From Paraspadella gotoi (lineage: Eukaryota; Animalia; Chaetognatha): a stretch of 64,000 nucleotides of DNA. The stretch spans positions 13,548,790-13,612,789 of the forward strand of contig CM119269.1 in the NCBI GenBank assembly GCA_051294375.1, in the 5' to 3' direction. Shown here one piece after another: positions 1 through 13,869 of this stretch (its first letter is position 1; the number at the start of each line of letters is the position of its first letter). Below the pieces are notes generated by a model, which was not told where the DNA came from, did not search any database, and worked only from the letters and a program-made list of their open reading frames with translations. Position numbers and translations under genes: made by a program.

Positions 1-1740
1 AATTAAAATCAATTTAAAAACAACTTAAAAAACAAGGTAAAAACAGATTAAAAACAAAGGTTAAAAAACAGATTAAAAACAAGGTAAAAAATTCGTGCAT
101 CGCATAAGTAATATAACCTCCACTGGGTTTTTGAAAACGGTTTGGCCTTCCTTTTTACAAGATTCAAAATGCATCACAATAATACGACGACCAACGCGTT
201 CCTCAATGGCTGCGCGCGGGAAAACCGCGGTAAAAAAAGGTAGAATAATCTTCTCCCAATTCTCGACGGTGATTAGGTCCAGGCCCGCCAATGCCAGGAC
301 CGCAGGGAGAAGCTTGCATTTCGATCCAAAACGCGGAAGGGAACCGCGCGGCCCAACACAGATACAGTTATAGATGTTTCGCTTTACGTATACTTTATTA
401 TAGACATCATAACACAAAATAGAGAAAAAATACGATTACGTCGGTGATCAGAGCGAGGTTTATCGTCAGTCTTGTTGACGCCTGGGTCGGGTTATTGAAT
501 ATACATATTTAAACGAAACCTTGGCAGTTCATTTCGTCTGTAGTCGGTTACATAATAAAAATTGAGAAAAGTTGAGTGTAAGATGGCACGAGAGAAAGCG
601 TGTTCCAGCTATTTTGGTACAAACTTAGGAACGAAAAAAGAATAAGGAAAGGAAGGAAGAAAAGAAGGAAGCCAAGAAGAAGGTAAGGAATCTGAGAAGC
701 GAAAGAAATTTGAAAGAAACAGCGCGATGCGCGGGGAAAATCACGGAAGCAGAATAATATTATATGAAGCAGGGAAAAAGGGCAGGAAAAATTACACGGA
801 AGCGGGATAGGGAAAAAAAATACCATGAAAATAAGGAGAATATGCGGGAACAAAGTATAATTTGTAAGAAAAGGGGGACGCAACGAAGTAGGAGAAATAG
901 CAGGCAACAGAAGAAAACAAGGCAGGGAGAAGCGGGAAACGCGATAAGAAAGTCGGAACTGCGGAAAGAAAGATGGTAATGTTCGCAGTCGGACTCCGAA
1001 AGACGTGAGCGAGAGAAGAGGTGGGGGAACAACGCCGTCAGTGGAATAAAGAGGAGTTAGGTGAGGCGCAAGAAGCTCGGGTTAGGACGTGCGCTGCGGG
1101 CGCGAAGACTCAGGGACAAACGCGGAATAATGAATTACAGATCAAGATTATATCGATTTAGAACTTGTGGAGGAAACTTTGTCTCGTTTTTTTCCCTCGA
1201 ACCCTGAACAAGGGGGCGCGCAAAGATGGGTGGTCTGGCGGGAGGGCCGACGAGGAAGGGGGCACACCCGATGTAGAAGGGAGGGAAAGGGCGTGTGGAT
1301 GATTGGCGGTGGGGGAGGAAGGTGGGACGGAAGTTGAGAGGGGAAACTTGGAGCGTGAGGGAGAAGTTGGAAGGATTTCCAAAGGTGGGAAGGGGGAAGG
1401 AGGCGGGGGAGGAGGGAAAGGGGGAAGTATGATGGGAACATTGGGACCACGTGGTGAAGTGGGGAATATGGACGTAACTAAGGGGGAAGTTGGATGGGAA
1501 ACTTGAAAGAAGTGTAGGGAAGACTGACGCGAGAGAGGAGAGAGAAGAGGAGAGAGAGACGAGAGAGAGACCGAGAACGAGAGAGAGAAGAGAGAGATAC
1601 TCTTAAGAATTTACAAATTTAAATACTTTTATTTGTATTTAATACTAATTCGTACTCCATTGCNNNNNNNNNNNNNNNNNNNNNNNNNCTGCTTTCGCTT
1701 CTGCTTTCGCTTCTGCTTTTGGTTCTGCTTTCGCTTCTTT

Positions 1741-1925
1741 TTTTAGCTTTGAGTTGCGTCGAGAGTACTCGCGGAGCAACTCTTTAAGTCACTTTTCGGC
1801 CGGTCTGTCGATCGGTCGGTCGGTCTGACCATCGGAATGTCCCATTATGTCCCACATACTAAAACTATAAAGAATAAAAGACGGATTTCCGATGCAGTGT
1901 GTGTCATAAATGCACGGGCTAAGAA
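1741..1925 (-). mobile_element. Non-autonomous interspersed repeat (DINE-1/Helentron-associated-like), copy 1
   Basis: Reverse complement matches 26690-26940 (agaataaaagacggatttccgatgc vs gcatcgaaattccgtcttttatttct; aagtcacttttcgg vs ccgaaaagtgactt). Carries a (GGTC)n-like tract and a short terminal hairpin next to a T-run. Confidence 0.55.
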
Positions 1926-2829
1926 CGTCACTGCAGTGCAACACATTAGATGGATCGATCTTGTACTTTTGCTCCCTTTACTTCTGCTTTCGCGATTACA
2001 ATTGCCTCTGCTTCCGCCACTCCCTTTGCTTTCTACTTTTTACTTTCCTCCTTCTGCTCTAATTTTAAGTTTCAAGTGGTTATCATGGTACAATTTACAA
2101 ATAATATTACATTTCTGGGTTTTACATATATATAGTTTTGGTTAAATCATAATTTATGTCCATTCATTTTTGTTTCTCCTCATAAATTTACTTCTAGTTT
2201 TATATAATCCTCTCCGCTAATGTTTAGGTTGCCTCAACTTTGTGAACTCCCAACTGCCTCTTATTTCTTTCACCACCTCTGCCACCGCTTCTGCCCCAGT
2301 TTCCGCTCCCGCCGCCCTCTCTTCCTTTAATTTTCCGCTTCCGCCGCTTTATGCATCCGCTTCCGCCACGGCTCCAGCCTCCCCTTCCCGCCCTCTTTCG
2401 GTTGGTCGTTCCGGTTCGAGTCACGTTCCTTCCACTTTTCCCTTTTTCCTTCATAACCTTCGACTTTGGTTCAGGAATTTCAACTCTTCATAAATGGCGA
2501 CCCGCGTTTGCATTTTGCCATAACTCTTCCTTTTCCTATCTACGCAAAGGTACACTTGGCTGTATGTTTGTGAGGTATGAGTTTAAACTCAAACCTTTTA
2601 AATTCGTTAGAAAAGAACGTGATTGAGGTATTTATTGCTCTTGAATTAAACAACGATCATATTTTTTTTCAATCAAATACAAATGATAATTTTAAAATTT
2701 GATATATATATATATTTTTTTTTTTATTTATTTACTTATTTATTATTTATCGTCTCCTCATCTCTCTTCTCCTCCTCATCTCTATGTTTATCTTCCATCT
2801 CCCTTTTACCTTCCCTTCCCCCATAGTGA

Positions 2830-3560
2830 GGAAAAAAAAAGAAATGGAAGGAAAGAGATGAGGGAGAAAAAAAAGCCATGAAGGAAATGAGGGGTTGAGG
2901 CATGAAACTGTGAATAAACAAGTCGAGTAAAGTTTGAATTTCTAGAAGTCTGACACAGGTTAGCTATGAACTGTATGGCATGTTGTTTGTCCTATCCTAT
3001 AAAATACACACATAAGCATCAACTTATCGTTAAAGATATCAATAATTTATTATCATTTTTGTAACAGGAAACATATTAAGGCAGGAAAGTCAAATCAAAC
3101 CAATTCATTTTCCTAAGTGTAATCTCAGTCTCAACTTGAAAAAAAAATTCAAATCATAATTTCTATCGTCTTTTCGGTTTCTTCTTTTCTGTTTCGTTAT
3201 TTATTTTTTAAATCCAAATTCGTCTGGCGCAGAGGAGTTAAGGTTTCCGGATCGAGACCCGGAACTAGTCAATCAAGTTCCTAACATCCTACCATCGAAA
3301 ACAAATGACCTTGCTGGCGGATATCGTTTAGAGAGACTTCGAGATTCGAAAGATGATACTCAAATAATTGATGAAGTGAGCGATAGAAAATTTATGTATG
3401 ATCAAAAGTTACAAAAATGATGAGATGAGAAGAGTATGTAAATAACATCATTTGTGTTAAGCCTCTTCTTTTGCTTGGTTGAATAGATGAGATTTAGAGA
3501 GAAAATGAGATAATGAAGAGTGAAAGGATCGAGAGAAGACTTTTGAGCAGAGAGGATCTG
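2830..3560 (+). repeat. Degenerate third copy of the SLC22 3' flank (same sequence as ~14560-15150 and ~17200-17800)
   Basis: Shares gtcgagtaaagtttgaatttct...ggtttccggatcgagacc...aatcattgtgttaagcct with the other copies, with scattered indels, and decays into a 25-N gap at 3598-3622. Confidence 0.85.
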
Positions 3561-3702
3561 CAGAACAAATAGACAGAAAGAGATGAGAGAGATAGGCNNN
3601 NNNNNNNNNNNNNNNNNNNNNNAATCGGCGCAATTACGCTTTAGTAGTATTCTACGGTACGTCCCATTTTGCAAATAGAGCAATTTGACGCTTAACTCAC
3701 TC

Positions 3703-3760
<58 letters not shown>

Positions 3761-4094
3761 TCCCCACCTTCCCTCTCACCGAGCTCTGGGAGAGAGAAAA
3801 GAAAAAGAGAAAGCGAGAGTGAGAAAAAACGCGTTTATGCAAATGAGATTTTGATGCTTTCGCTCGTTTTTTCGCGACGCGACGGAGAAAGGAGGAAGTG
3901 GGGTCGCGACCCCTTTTGTTTTTTTTTTCTTCCACTGAAGATGGCGTCGGTGAAAAAAAGTTGAGACGATGACGACGACGATGAAGATGACGACGACGAT
4001 GACGACGAATAACGACGACAACGAAAAAAGATATCGAAGACGATGATGACGACAATCTCAAAGATGAGGGTTCCATTAGGGGCTGGATGGTGAT

Positions 4095-4114
4095 GTAGTT
4101 AATGATGATGATGC

Positions 4115-4172
<58 letters not shown>

Positions 4173-4240
4173 AGTGATGATGATAATGATGATGATGATT
4201 ATGAAGCGATGAAGATAATCATGATTATGACGATGACCAC
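4095..4240 (+). repeat. (GAT)n microsatellite
   Basis: Long gatgatgat run seen directly. Confidence 0.95.
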
Positions 4241-4269
4241 GACATGCGGGAATTTTCTCTTTACTCCAG

Positions 4270-4592
4270 CAGATGGCGGCGAAAATGACGAAAGCGATGA
4301 AGACGACGATGGTGATGACGATAGCGACGACGACGACGACATCGACGACGACGACGACGACGAAGTGGTCGAAAATGGCGAATTACCTCAACTCTCTCTC
4401 GGAACTGAAGCGCCACCCAACGCAATCATTTCCGAATTTATTTCACGGAATTGTGCTCCGCTCTCTTCCGACGACGACGACGACGACGATCACGAAGATG
4501 AAAATGACGACCACGACGACGAAAACGAAAATATTGACAACCACGACGAACTAACGAGGAAAGCATCGTCAACATTTTACAAACAAAAATAA
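4270..4592 (+). CDS. Possible acidic terminal exon of an unidentified gene
   Basis: Polypyrimidine tract plus CAG acceptor (ttttctctttactccag), then an open frame DGGENDESDEDDD...EVVENGELPQLSLGTEAPPNAIISEFISRNCAPLSSDDD...FYKQK*. No upstream exon or recognisable domain, and GAC repeats are common in non-coding DNA here. Confidence 0.25.
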
Positions 4593-5084
4593 ATATCTGT
4601 TGTGTTTGTTCAAAATTATGAATTACTTTATATCTAGATCTATAAAACACGCTTAAAACTTAATTTTCGAGCCTATCCATACTTTTAAAAAAATATGTAT
4701 ATAAATATATATATATATATAACATTCTCATAATCTACTTGAGCATATAAGGTAAAGAAACTTTTTTACGTTACATTTATTACATTCAAAAACAGTTTCT
4801 TTGACGTTGAGACGGACGATGGGAAAAAGACGACGACGACGAAGACGACGACGAAGACGACGACGACGACGACGACGACGACGAACCGCAAACGAATTTG
4901 ACCTGCGGGAATGAAGAAAAGAATTGGTTATTTTCGAAATCGGAAAAACTAAAAAATCGTTTTTCTCAAACGAAATCCGATTTTTTTTCTTCTTTCTTTT
5001 TTATTTCCTTCTTTTTTTTTCTTTTAAAGAGAAGCGATTCTTTCTCGGACATTAAAATCTCGTTTCCTCAACGAATTTCTCTTT

Positions 5085-5089
<5 letters not shown>

Positions 5090-5117
<28 letters not shown>

Positions 5118-8100
5118 NNNNNNNNNNNNNNNNNNNNNNNNNNNNNNNNNNNNNNNNNNNNNNNNNNNNNNNNNNNNNNNNNNNNNNNNNNNNNNNNNNN
5201 NNNNNNNNNNNNNNNNNNNNNNNNNNNNNNNNNNNNNNNNNNNNCTCTCTCTCTCTCTACTTACTTATTTCTTCTTTCTACTTTCTTGTTCAAGTCGTAA
5301 AAAGAACAGAAGCATCGGTGACTCTATTGTATTGAACAAACATTTACGTCTTCATAGCGCTTACATTTATATTTACTCAAATATGCCATCTTTGTTTTTC
5401 ATCTTAATCTTTTTCTTTCTCTTTAATAAATTACATTTTTTTAAATAGTCTGAGGACGTTATAAATTATTATCAAGACTAAAGTTACTATTGATAATTTT
5501 TAAATATTTTAATCTGTTGTGCTTGAGATTGGAGCCAAAGACAACCGAGACTGTTTAACAAACTTTCTCCGCGAAGGAAGGTGAGGTCGGACTGAAAACG
5601 ACTAAGGGAAAGTTGGGCCGGGATTTCGGGCAGCGGGGAAGAGGAAGGGCGAGTGTTTATACTTTTTAAAAGTTTATACTTTAAAAGTTTATACNNNNNN
5701 NNNNNNNNNNNNNNNNNNNNNNNNNNNNNNNNNNNNNNNNNNNNNNNNNNNNNNNNNNNNNNNNNNNNNNNNNNNNNNNNNNNNNNNNNNNNNNNNNNNN
5801 NNNNNNNNNNNNNNNNNNNNNNNNNNNNNNNNNNNNNNNNNNNNNNNNNNNNNNNNNNNNNNNNNNNNNNNNNNNNNNNNNNNNNNNNNNNNNNNNNNNN
5901 NNNNNNNNNNNNNNNNNNNNNNNNNNNNNNNNNNNNNNNNNNNNNNNNNNNNNNNNNNNNNNNNNNNNNNNNNNNNNNNNNNNNNNNNNNNNNNNNNNNN
6001 NNNNNNNNNNNNNNNNNNNNNNNNNNNNNNNNNNNNNNNNNNNNNNNNNNNNNNNNNNNNNNNNNNNNNNNNNNNNNNNNNNNNNNNNNNNNNNNNNNNN
6101 NNNNNNNNNNNNNNNNNNNNNNNNNNNNNNNNNNNNNNNNNNNNNNNNNNNNNNNNNNNNNNNNNNNNNNNNNNNNNNNNNNNNNNNNNNNNNNNNNNNN
6201 NNNNNNNNNNNNNNNNNNNNNNNNNNNNNNNNNNNNNNNNNNNNNNNNNNNNNNNNNNNNNNNNNNNNNNNNNNNNNNNNNNNNNNNNNNNNNNNNNNNN
6301 NNNNNNNNNNNNNNNNNNNNNNNNNNNNNNNNNNNNNNNNNNNNNNNNNNNNNNNNNNNNNNNNNNNNNNNNNNNNNNNNNNNNNNNNNNNNNNNNNNNN
6401 NNNNGAGAGAGAGAGAGAAAAGAGAGAGGACAAAACTGTTTCAACGGGTGAAATAATGAGGCGTCGGGCGTCCATACCAGGTAGGTGAGAAACCCTGTCA
6501 TATTTAAAGAAAAGCAAAGCACGAAATCTAAATTCTAAAAGTCGTTTATAAATAAATGAATAATGTTTAAGAGTTTTTATAAGTTGAAGTTTTTTTCCAT
6601 GAAAGTATGAAACAATATATAAATAGTTAAATGATTGCTTGAATAAAAAAATATAAATGCATTAAAAAGGAATTGATGTAAGATGGAGTGACTTACTGAA
6701 AGAATAAATTTACTACAAATAAGAGAGTGAATCGTTTAATTTAAATGCAAATATATATTCGTAAAATGTATATACATTAAACAATAACAATGTAAACATT
6801 TCAATGAACTTCATTCCGGGGAAGAAAATTAATGAATGACCGATGAAGGTAACCGATGCATAAGCACAGTTTGTATTTCAGATTAATGTTTCTTGTTGAT
6901 GAAACCTCGAGAGAGGGAGAGAGAGAGAGAGAGNNNNNNNNNNNNNNNNNNNNNNNNNNNNNNNNNNNNNNNNNNNNNNNNNNNNNNNNNNNNNNNNNNN
7001 NNNNNNNNNNNNNNNNNNNNNNNNNNNNNNNNNNNNNNNNNNNNNNNNNNNNNNNNNNNNNNNNNNNNNNNNNNNNNNNNNNNNNNNNNNNNNNNNNNNN
7101 NNNNNNNNNNNNNNNNNNNNNNNNNNNNNNNNNNNNNNNNNNNNNNNNNNNNNNNNNNNNNNNNNNNNNNNNNNNNNNNNNNCTCTCTCTTTCTCTCTCT
7201 CTCTCTTTCTCTCTCTCTCTAATCTCTCTCTCTCTCTTTTTTCTATCTCTCTATCTTTCTTTCTCTTTCTAATTCTCTCTTTCTTTCACCCACTCTCTCT
7301 GTCTTTTTTTTTCTCTAACTCTTTCTTTCTCTCTCTCTCTTTCTTTCACTCTTTCTCTTTACATCATTTGATCTACAGCGACATCATAAAATGTAACATT
7401 GACGAAGCATGAAAAATTCATTGATTGCTTTTGCAAATGATGATGATGACGACGATGTGNNNNNNNNNNNNNNNNNNNNNNNNNNNNNNNNNNNNNNNNN
7501 NNNNNNNNNNNNNNNNNNNNNNNNNNNNNNNNNNNNNNNNNNNNNNNNNNNNNNNNNNNNNNNNNNNNNNNNNNNNNNNNNNNNNNNNNNNNNNNNNNNN
7601 NNNNNNNNNNNNNNNNNNNNNNNNNCCTAATCCTCCGTTTGGCTTTCATTTCTTCTTTGTGGTTCCCTTCCTATTTTCGTGAGCAGGGCGAAATATGGGA
7701 TTCCATTTTTTTTGTTGAAAGATGGGGATGGAGGAAGAGATGGGAGAGGAGTTGGGAGAGGAGATGGGAGAGGAGATGGGAGAAGAGATGGGAGAGGAGT
7801 TGGGAGAACAGGTTTGTGGGATAAGAGGTAAATTAGATATCAAAGTAGTGGGTGTGTATTTACTATTTAAGTTTTGATTTCGAATTAATCTAAATTAATC
7901 TAAATCATGCGAGTGGCGTTTGGTATATTCATTGAAGACTAATAGAACATTAATAATATTGGGTGAATGTCGCCGAATCTCGTGATATTGTTAAAAATGA
8001 ATAAGAATCGCTTTTAAAAAAATAAATCACAACAATACAAATATTAATACGTAATAAGTACAACTTTTTTTAAACTTCATCCGGTTTTATTCTCCTTTTC

Positions 8101-8211
8101 TTTTCTAAACTCACTTTCCTCACCTCCGCCCCCCTTTCCTCCCTTCCTTCCCTTTTTTCAATTCCTCTCGCGCCAACAAAAGCACAACAACAAAAGAGCA
8201 ACACAAAAGGC

Positions 8212-8244
<33 letters not shown>

Positions 8245-11200
8245 AGGCGCCACGCACAAACAGACGCGACCTGCTGTTATTTTGTATGTATCTCATCTTT
8301 AATATTTGATGCTCCGCTGGTTTATTGCGCCGATATATCTAAATTAAGGGGGCGGCGCGACGTTTTCACTCGACGAGAGAGACAGAGAGAGAGAATGAGA
8401 GAGAGAGAGGGTGAGAGAGAGCGAGAGACAGAGAGCGCGCCATCTCTGTCTNNNNNNNNNNNNNNNNNNNNNNNNNCAGACAGAGAATGTGCGCGCCTCA
8501 TTCTGTCTCTCGCTCTCTCTCAACCCTCATCTCTCGTCCTCAGTTCTCCTCTGCTCTGTCTTCCTTCGTGCTTTTCTCGTCGTAAGTGAAAACGTCGCGC
8601 CCCGCCGCCCGTTAATTTTTAGATATATGTCGGGCGCATAAACCAGCGGGCATCAAATATTTAAAAGATGAGAGTATATACAAAATAACAGCCAGTCGCG
8701 TCTGTTGTGCGGTGGCGCCGTTCGTGCGTGCGTCGTGCGTCGTACGTCGTCGTCGTCGGCCTTTTGTGTTGCTCTTTTGTTGTTTGTGCTTTTGGTTGGG
8801 GCCGAGAGGAGATTGAAAAAAAGAGGAAAGGAAGGGAGGAAAGGGGGGCGGAGGTGAGGAAAGTGAAGTTTAGAAAAGAAAAAGGAGAATTAAAAAACCC
8901 AGGATGAGTAGTTTAAAGAAATAAGGTTGTACTTGATGTGACGTATTAAATAATTTTGTATTGTTGTGATTTATTTTTTTAAAAATGCGATTCCTTATTC
9001 ATTTTTTAACAATATCAGGGACGAAGATTCGCGACATTCACTCCGAATATTATTAATGTTGCTACTTAGTCTTCAAAGTGAATATACCAAAGCGCACTCG
9101 CATGATTTAAGAATTAACTTAGATTAATTCGATAATCAAAACTTTAAATAGGTAAAGTACACGAACCCAATACTTTGAATATCTAATTTACCTGCTTATC
9201 CCACAAAACCTGTTCTCATATCGCGATTCCAACTCCTCATCGGCCATCTCTTTCTCCCATCTCCTCTCCCAATCTCCTCTTTCCAACTCCTCTCCAAGTC
9301 TCTTCCTCCTCCCCATCTTTCAACAAAAAAAATGGAAATCCATATTTCGCCCTGCTCACGAAAATAGGTGAAGGGAACGCACACAAGAGAAATGAAAGCA
9401 AAACCGGGAGGATGTAGGCTATTGATGCTCTCTCCTCTCTCTCATCACGTCTCTCTCTCCATCTCATCTCTCTCATCTCTTCGCTCTCTCTCGTGATCTC
9501 TCTCTCTCGTGATCAAAATTAATGCCTTTTGGCACAAATATAAAAATAATCAGAGCCTCACATCGTCGTCAATTCAATCATCATTTGGCAAAAGGCAATC
9601 AATGAATTTTCATGCTCGTCAATGTTACATTTTATGATGTCGGCTGTAGATACAAATGATGTAAAGAGAAGAGAGTGGAAAGAAAGAGAGAGAGAGAAGA
9701 ATAGAGTTAGAGAAAAAATAAGACAGAGAGGAGTGGGTGAATAGAAAAGAAAGAATTAGAAAGAGAAAAGGAAAGATAGATGAGATAAGAAAAAAAAGAG
9801 AGAGATGAGATTATGAGATGAGATTCTGATGAAAGAGAGAGTAGATGAGATAGTAGAGAGAGGAGAAGAGAAAAGAGAGAGAGAGAGACGAGAAGAGAGA
9901 GAGAGAGAGAGAGAGGAGAGAGTATGAGAGAGCATGAGAGGAGGTGTTTTAGAGAGAGTTCGAATGAAGAGGAGAGGAAGTAAGAAAGACTGGGTAACGA
10001 ATTTCCCGTCCGTTGAATGTGTCAGGTGTATCCCAATTATAACAGCGGCGCAAGTTTTTCATTTTCCTCTTGACATATAAATCTTGTCCCAAGTGTACAA
10101 ATGATAGTGGGGAATGCTCTCTGCTCTGCCTCTCTCTGCTCCGTCTCTGCTCTCTCTTCTCTCTTCTCTCTACTCTTCTCTATCTCTCTCTCTCTCGTCT
10201 CTCCACCCGGGCTCTCTAGGAGGTTTCATCAACGAAGAACATTAATCCTGAAATACAAACGTGCTTATGCATCGGTTACCTTTCAAAATCGGTCATTCTT
10301 AATTTTCCTTCCGCTCGGAGATGAAGTTCATTGAAATGTTTTAACATTGCTTATTGGTTTACATGTATATACATTTTAAACGAAATATATATTTGCAATT
10401 TAAGGATTAAAGCGATCACTCTCGTATTTGTAATAAATTTATTCTTTCGAGTAAGTCACTCGCATCTACAAATCAAATGGTCATTTTTTAATGCATTATA
10501 ATCTTTTTATTCAGGAAGCAATCATGTTAATCTATTTTATATCATGTGTGTTTCATACTTGGTTTCATGGAAAAAAACTTCAACTTATAAAAACTCTTAA
10601 AAACATTATTTCATCTTATTTATAAACGACTTTTAGAATTTAGATTTCGTTGCTTTGCTTTTCATTTAAATGACAGGGGTTCCACCTACGCTGGTATGGA
10701 CGTGCCGAGCCCTCATTAGTTCCACCGTTGAAACAGTTTCGTGTCCCTCTGCTTTCTCTCCTCTCTCGTCTCTTCTCCTTCTCTCTTTCTCTTCTCGTCT
10801 CTCTCTCCTCTCATCTCTTCTCTCTCTCTCTCTCGTCTCTCATCTCTGCTCTCTTTACCCCGTTTCCTCGCTCACGGCATACCTCTCCCTCTTCGCTCTC
10901 CTCGTTGTTCCAGATATACCGACGAACATTACGTCAAAACCACGGTAGTATTCTTATCGGCTAAGCGATGCCCAACGAGATAGCGCAAAAGAAGAAAGAG
11001 AGAGAAAGAGAGAAAGAGGAGATGAAGGAGAGAGAAAGAGAGAGAGAGGAGAGAGACGAGAGAAGAGAAGAGAAGAGAGGAGAAGAGAGAAGAAGGAGGA
11101 GAGGAGAGAGGAGACGAGGGATGAGAAGGAGGCTGGAAAATTAGCCGTTTCAGATCCCCCGCGATGGGTCTCGGCTTGTCTCGCAGCGAAGTTAGGGTGA

Positions 11201-12032
11201 GGGTCGGACTGAAAGAACATCGACTCGGTGAGAATTGAGTTGATAGGCCGGGATTTCGGGAGGAACGCGGATAGGGGCGAGTTGCGAAGAAAATAGGGGG
11301 TGAGTGGCGAGGGAAAGGATGCTAACAAAGTCACTCAGGCTGGTCAGAACTTTTAAAAATAAGTTTTTAAAAAAAGTAGTAAACTTTAAGTAAGGGTATT
11401 GATTGTTTAAAAAAAACGACTGGGCGCATCGAGGATTAGTTACAGACACTACGCGCCTTCGCCTGTCTTGTCCCCGCTGCCGGAATATCCGCGGCCCGAA
11501 CGTTCTCGCCCTTAGTCGTTTGTTACGGTACACAGTCCGACGGCTATGTCGGCGGATATGGCCTGGTGTCTCGATGTTGTTGCTGCTGGGTTGGGCGAGT
11601 GGGTAAAGTTGGTTGTGTTGAAACAGTATGCGGAGTGGTGACTTGTTGGGCTCCAATCTCAAGCGCAGCATACAGGTTAAATAATTAAAATATTGATAAT
11701 GTAACTGTTAGTCCGTTGATGATAATTTATAACGTGCTGCAGGACTATTAAAAAGAAATGTATTTAGATTAAAGAGAAAGAAAAGAAGATATAAGATGAA
11801 GAAAGCAGATGGGCAGGATATGTGTGAGTAAAATGTAAATGTTAGCTTAAATGTAGAGAGTGTAAGCGCGAATGAGAGACGTAATGTTGTTCAATAACAA
11901 TAGGAGGTCACCTACCTGATGCTTTCTGTTGCTTTTTTAGCGGACTTGAAACAAGAAAGTAAGAAAGAAGAAGAATAAGGTAAGTAATGAGCAGAGAAGA
12001 GAAAGAGAGAGAGAGTGAAAGAGAGAGAGAGA

Positions 12033-12063
<31 letters not shown>

Positions 12064-12085
12064 GAGAGAGAAGAGAGAGAGAGGA
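5090..12085. repeat. Large inverted duplication with ~3.4 kb arms folding back at the 25-N gap 8452-8476
   Basis: 7640-8450 is the reverse complement of 8480-9420, 6404-6930 of ~10190-10760, and 5245-5570 of ~11600-11990. The right arm is full of small insertions. Confidence 0.9.
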
Positions 12086-13264
12086 GTTTTAAAATTTTTT
12101 TGTCGTTCATTGTTTGTTTACTTTCAGTGAAAAAAGAGAATTCAAAGAGGTGATAAAAAATATTTCACAAGAAGCGAAAGTGATCAGGGCCGGGTCTGTC
12201 ACTATGTAATGTTTGTTTTAAACACTCTGTCCCTGTCTGTCTTTACTTTGTTTATCTCTCATTCATTGTCTTTTCATGAACCGAAATCGACATGAAGAAC
12301 GAACAAAGACGAAAAACTATCAGTGGCGATAACGAATAATGGCGAAAATTAACAATAACAATAAAGTAATTAACATCGGCGATAATGAACATCGACGATG
12401 ACGAACAATAATAAGGAGGATATTTTAGGTCACGTGGGTCATGCCCTCGGTCACCATGGCAACCACCGGCTTCGCCATAATAACGACGAACTCTCAATGG
12501 TGATAACAAACAACGTGGACAACGAACAATGTCGACGAACTCATTGGAGGACACGAACATTGGCGACAACGAACAACGGAGACAACGAACAACGTCATTA
12601 ACAGTACATGGAGAGCGAATATACATTCGAACAGAAAAAGGACGAGACGGAGGAAGAGGAAGAAGAAGAAGGAGGAGGAGGAGGAGGGAGAAATTCTTAA
12701 AGAAAAAGAGAGGGAAACAGAGGAGAGAAAGTGAAAAGTGAAAGTGGAACGAGGAGAGAATGGAATCGAGGGTGAGGAAGGAAAGAGGAAGATGGAACTT
12801 TTAAATAAGAAGGGAGGATGGAGGAAAGGAAATGAGAACAAGAAGATGGTGTTAAGATGAAAGAAAAATAAAAGAATAAGTTTCCGCTCTTTTCATTTTG
12901 CAGACAGACGAATGAGTAAAAAGACAGAAAAACAGATATTTAATGAATGAGAAAAAGTTGGTGGTTCTTTCATTAAAAAATAGAAAGTTCAAAAAAATAA
13001 CCAAAGATATTTTTGAATGAGTGGAAATATAAAAAGACGACTTAGAGAAAACGTTGGTTTCAGAACGGATAGCAAAGAAGCAAGAAAAAATAAAATAAAC
13101 AAAGAAAGGTGTAAAAGGCCGAGGAAGATACAGAAAAAAAGAATAAAATAAAAATAAAAGGATGAGAGAGAGAGAAAGTAAGAAAGAAAAGAAAGTTGAA
13201 AAATAATAGAATGGAAATCGGGGTCGGAGAGAGGAAGAAGACGGAAGGAGGTAAGAAGCAATAA

Positions 13265-13605
13265 CGAGGATAGTTAGGGAGGAAGAAGAGCGAGGACAGA
13301 GGGAAGAAGGAGACGATGGATAGAGGGAGGCAACGACAAGACGAGGACAGATAGGAGGAAGAAGACGAGGATAGCGGGAGGAAGAAGAAGAGGATAGAGG
13401 GAGGAAGAAGACGAGGATAGAGGGAGGAAGAAGACGAGGATAGAGGGAAGAAGGAGACGAGTGATAGACGGGAGGAAGAAGAAGAAGAGGATAGAGGGAG
13501 GTAAAAGATGAGGAAAGAGGGAGCAAGAAGAACGAGGATAGAGGGAGAGGAAGACGAGGATAGAGGGAGGAAGAAGACGAGGATAGAGGGAGGAAGAAGA
13601 CGAGC
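13265..13605 (+). repeat. Purine-rich minisatellite, ~23-bp unit (gaggatagagggaggaagaagac)
   Basis: Repeated unit visible with variants. Confidence 0.85.
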
Positions 13606-13869
13606 TGGAGGTCCTTAAGAGACAGATCAATTCTAGAGCCAATCTCTTCCGCTGGCATCGCGGAGACTCCCCCGCCTTAATCCATTTTCATTAGAGAGAA
13701 AGAGGGTAGAGAGGAAAAGGAGGAGGAGGAGGAGGAGGAGGAGAAGGAGGAGGAGAAGGAGGAGGAGGAAGAAAAAACGCGGAGGACGGAGGAAAAAGGA
13801 AAGAAATAAGAAAAGGGAAGATGAGGAAGAGCGGAGGAAATTCGAAAAGAATATGTAGAGCGAGAAAAA

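Noticed and set aside
73-1600. GC-richer patches and ORFs at the window start
   Set aside because: The sequence looks like uncorrected long-read fill; a donor-like site near 117 exists but no motif could be recognised.
5653-7682. Long ORFs containing X runs (also 49822-50683)
   Set aside because: They are open only because they cross N gaps.
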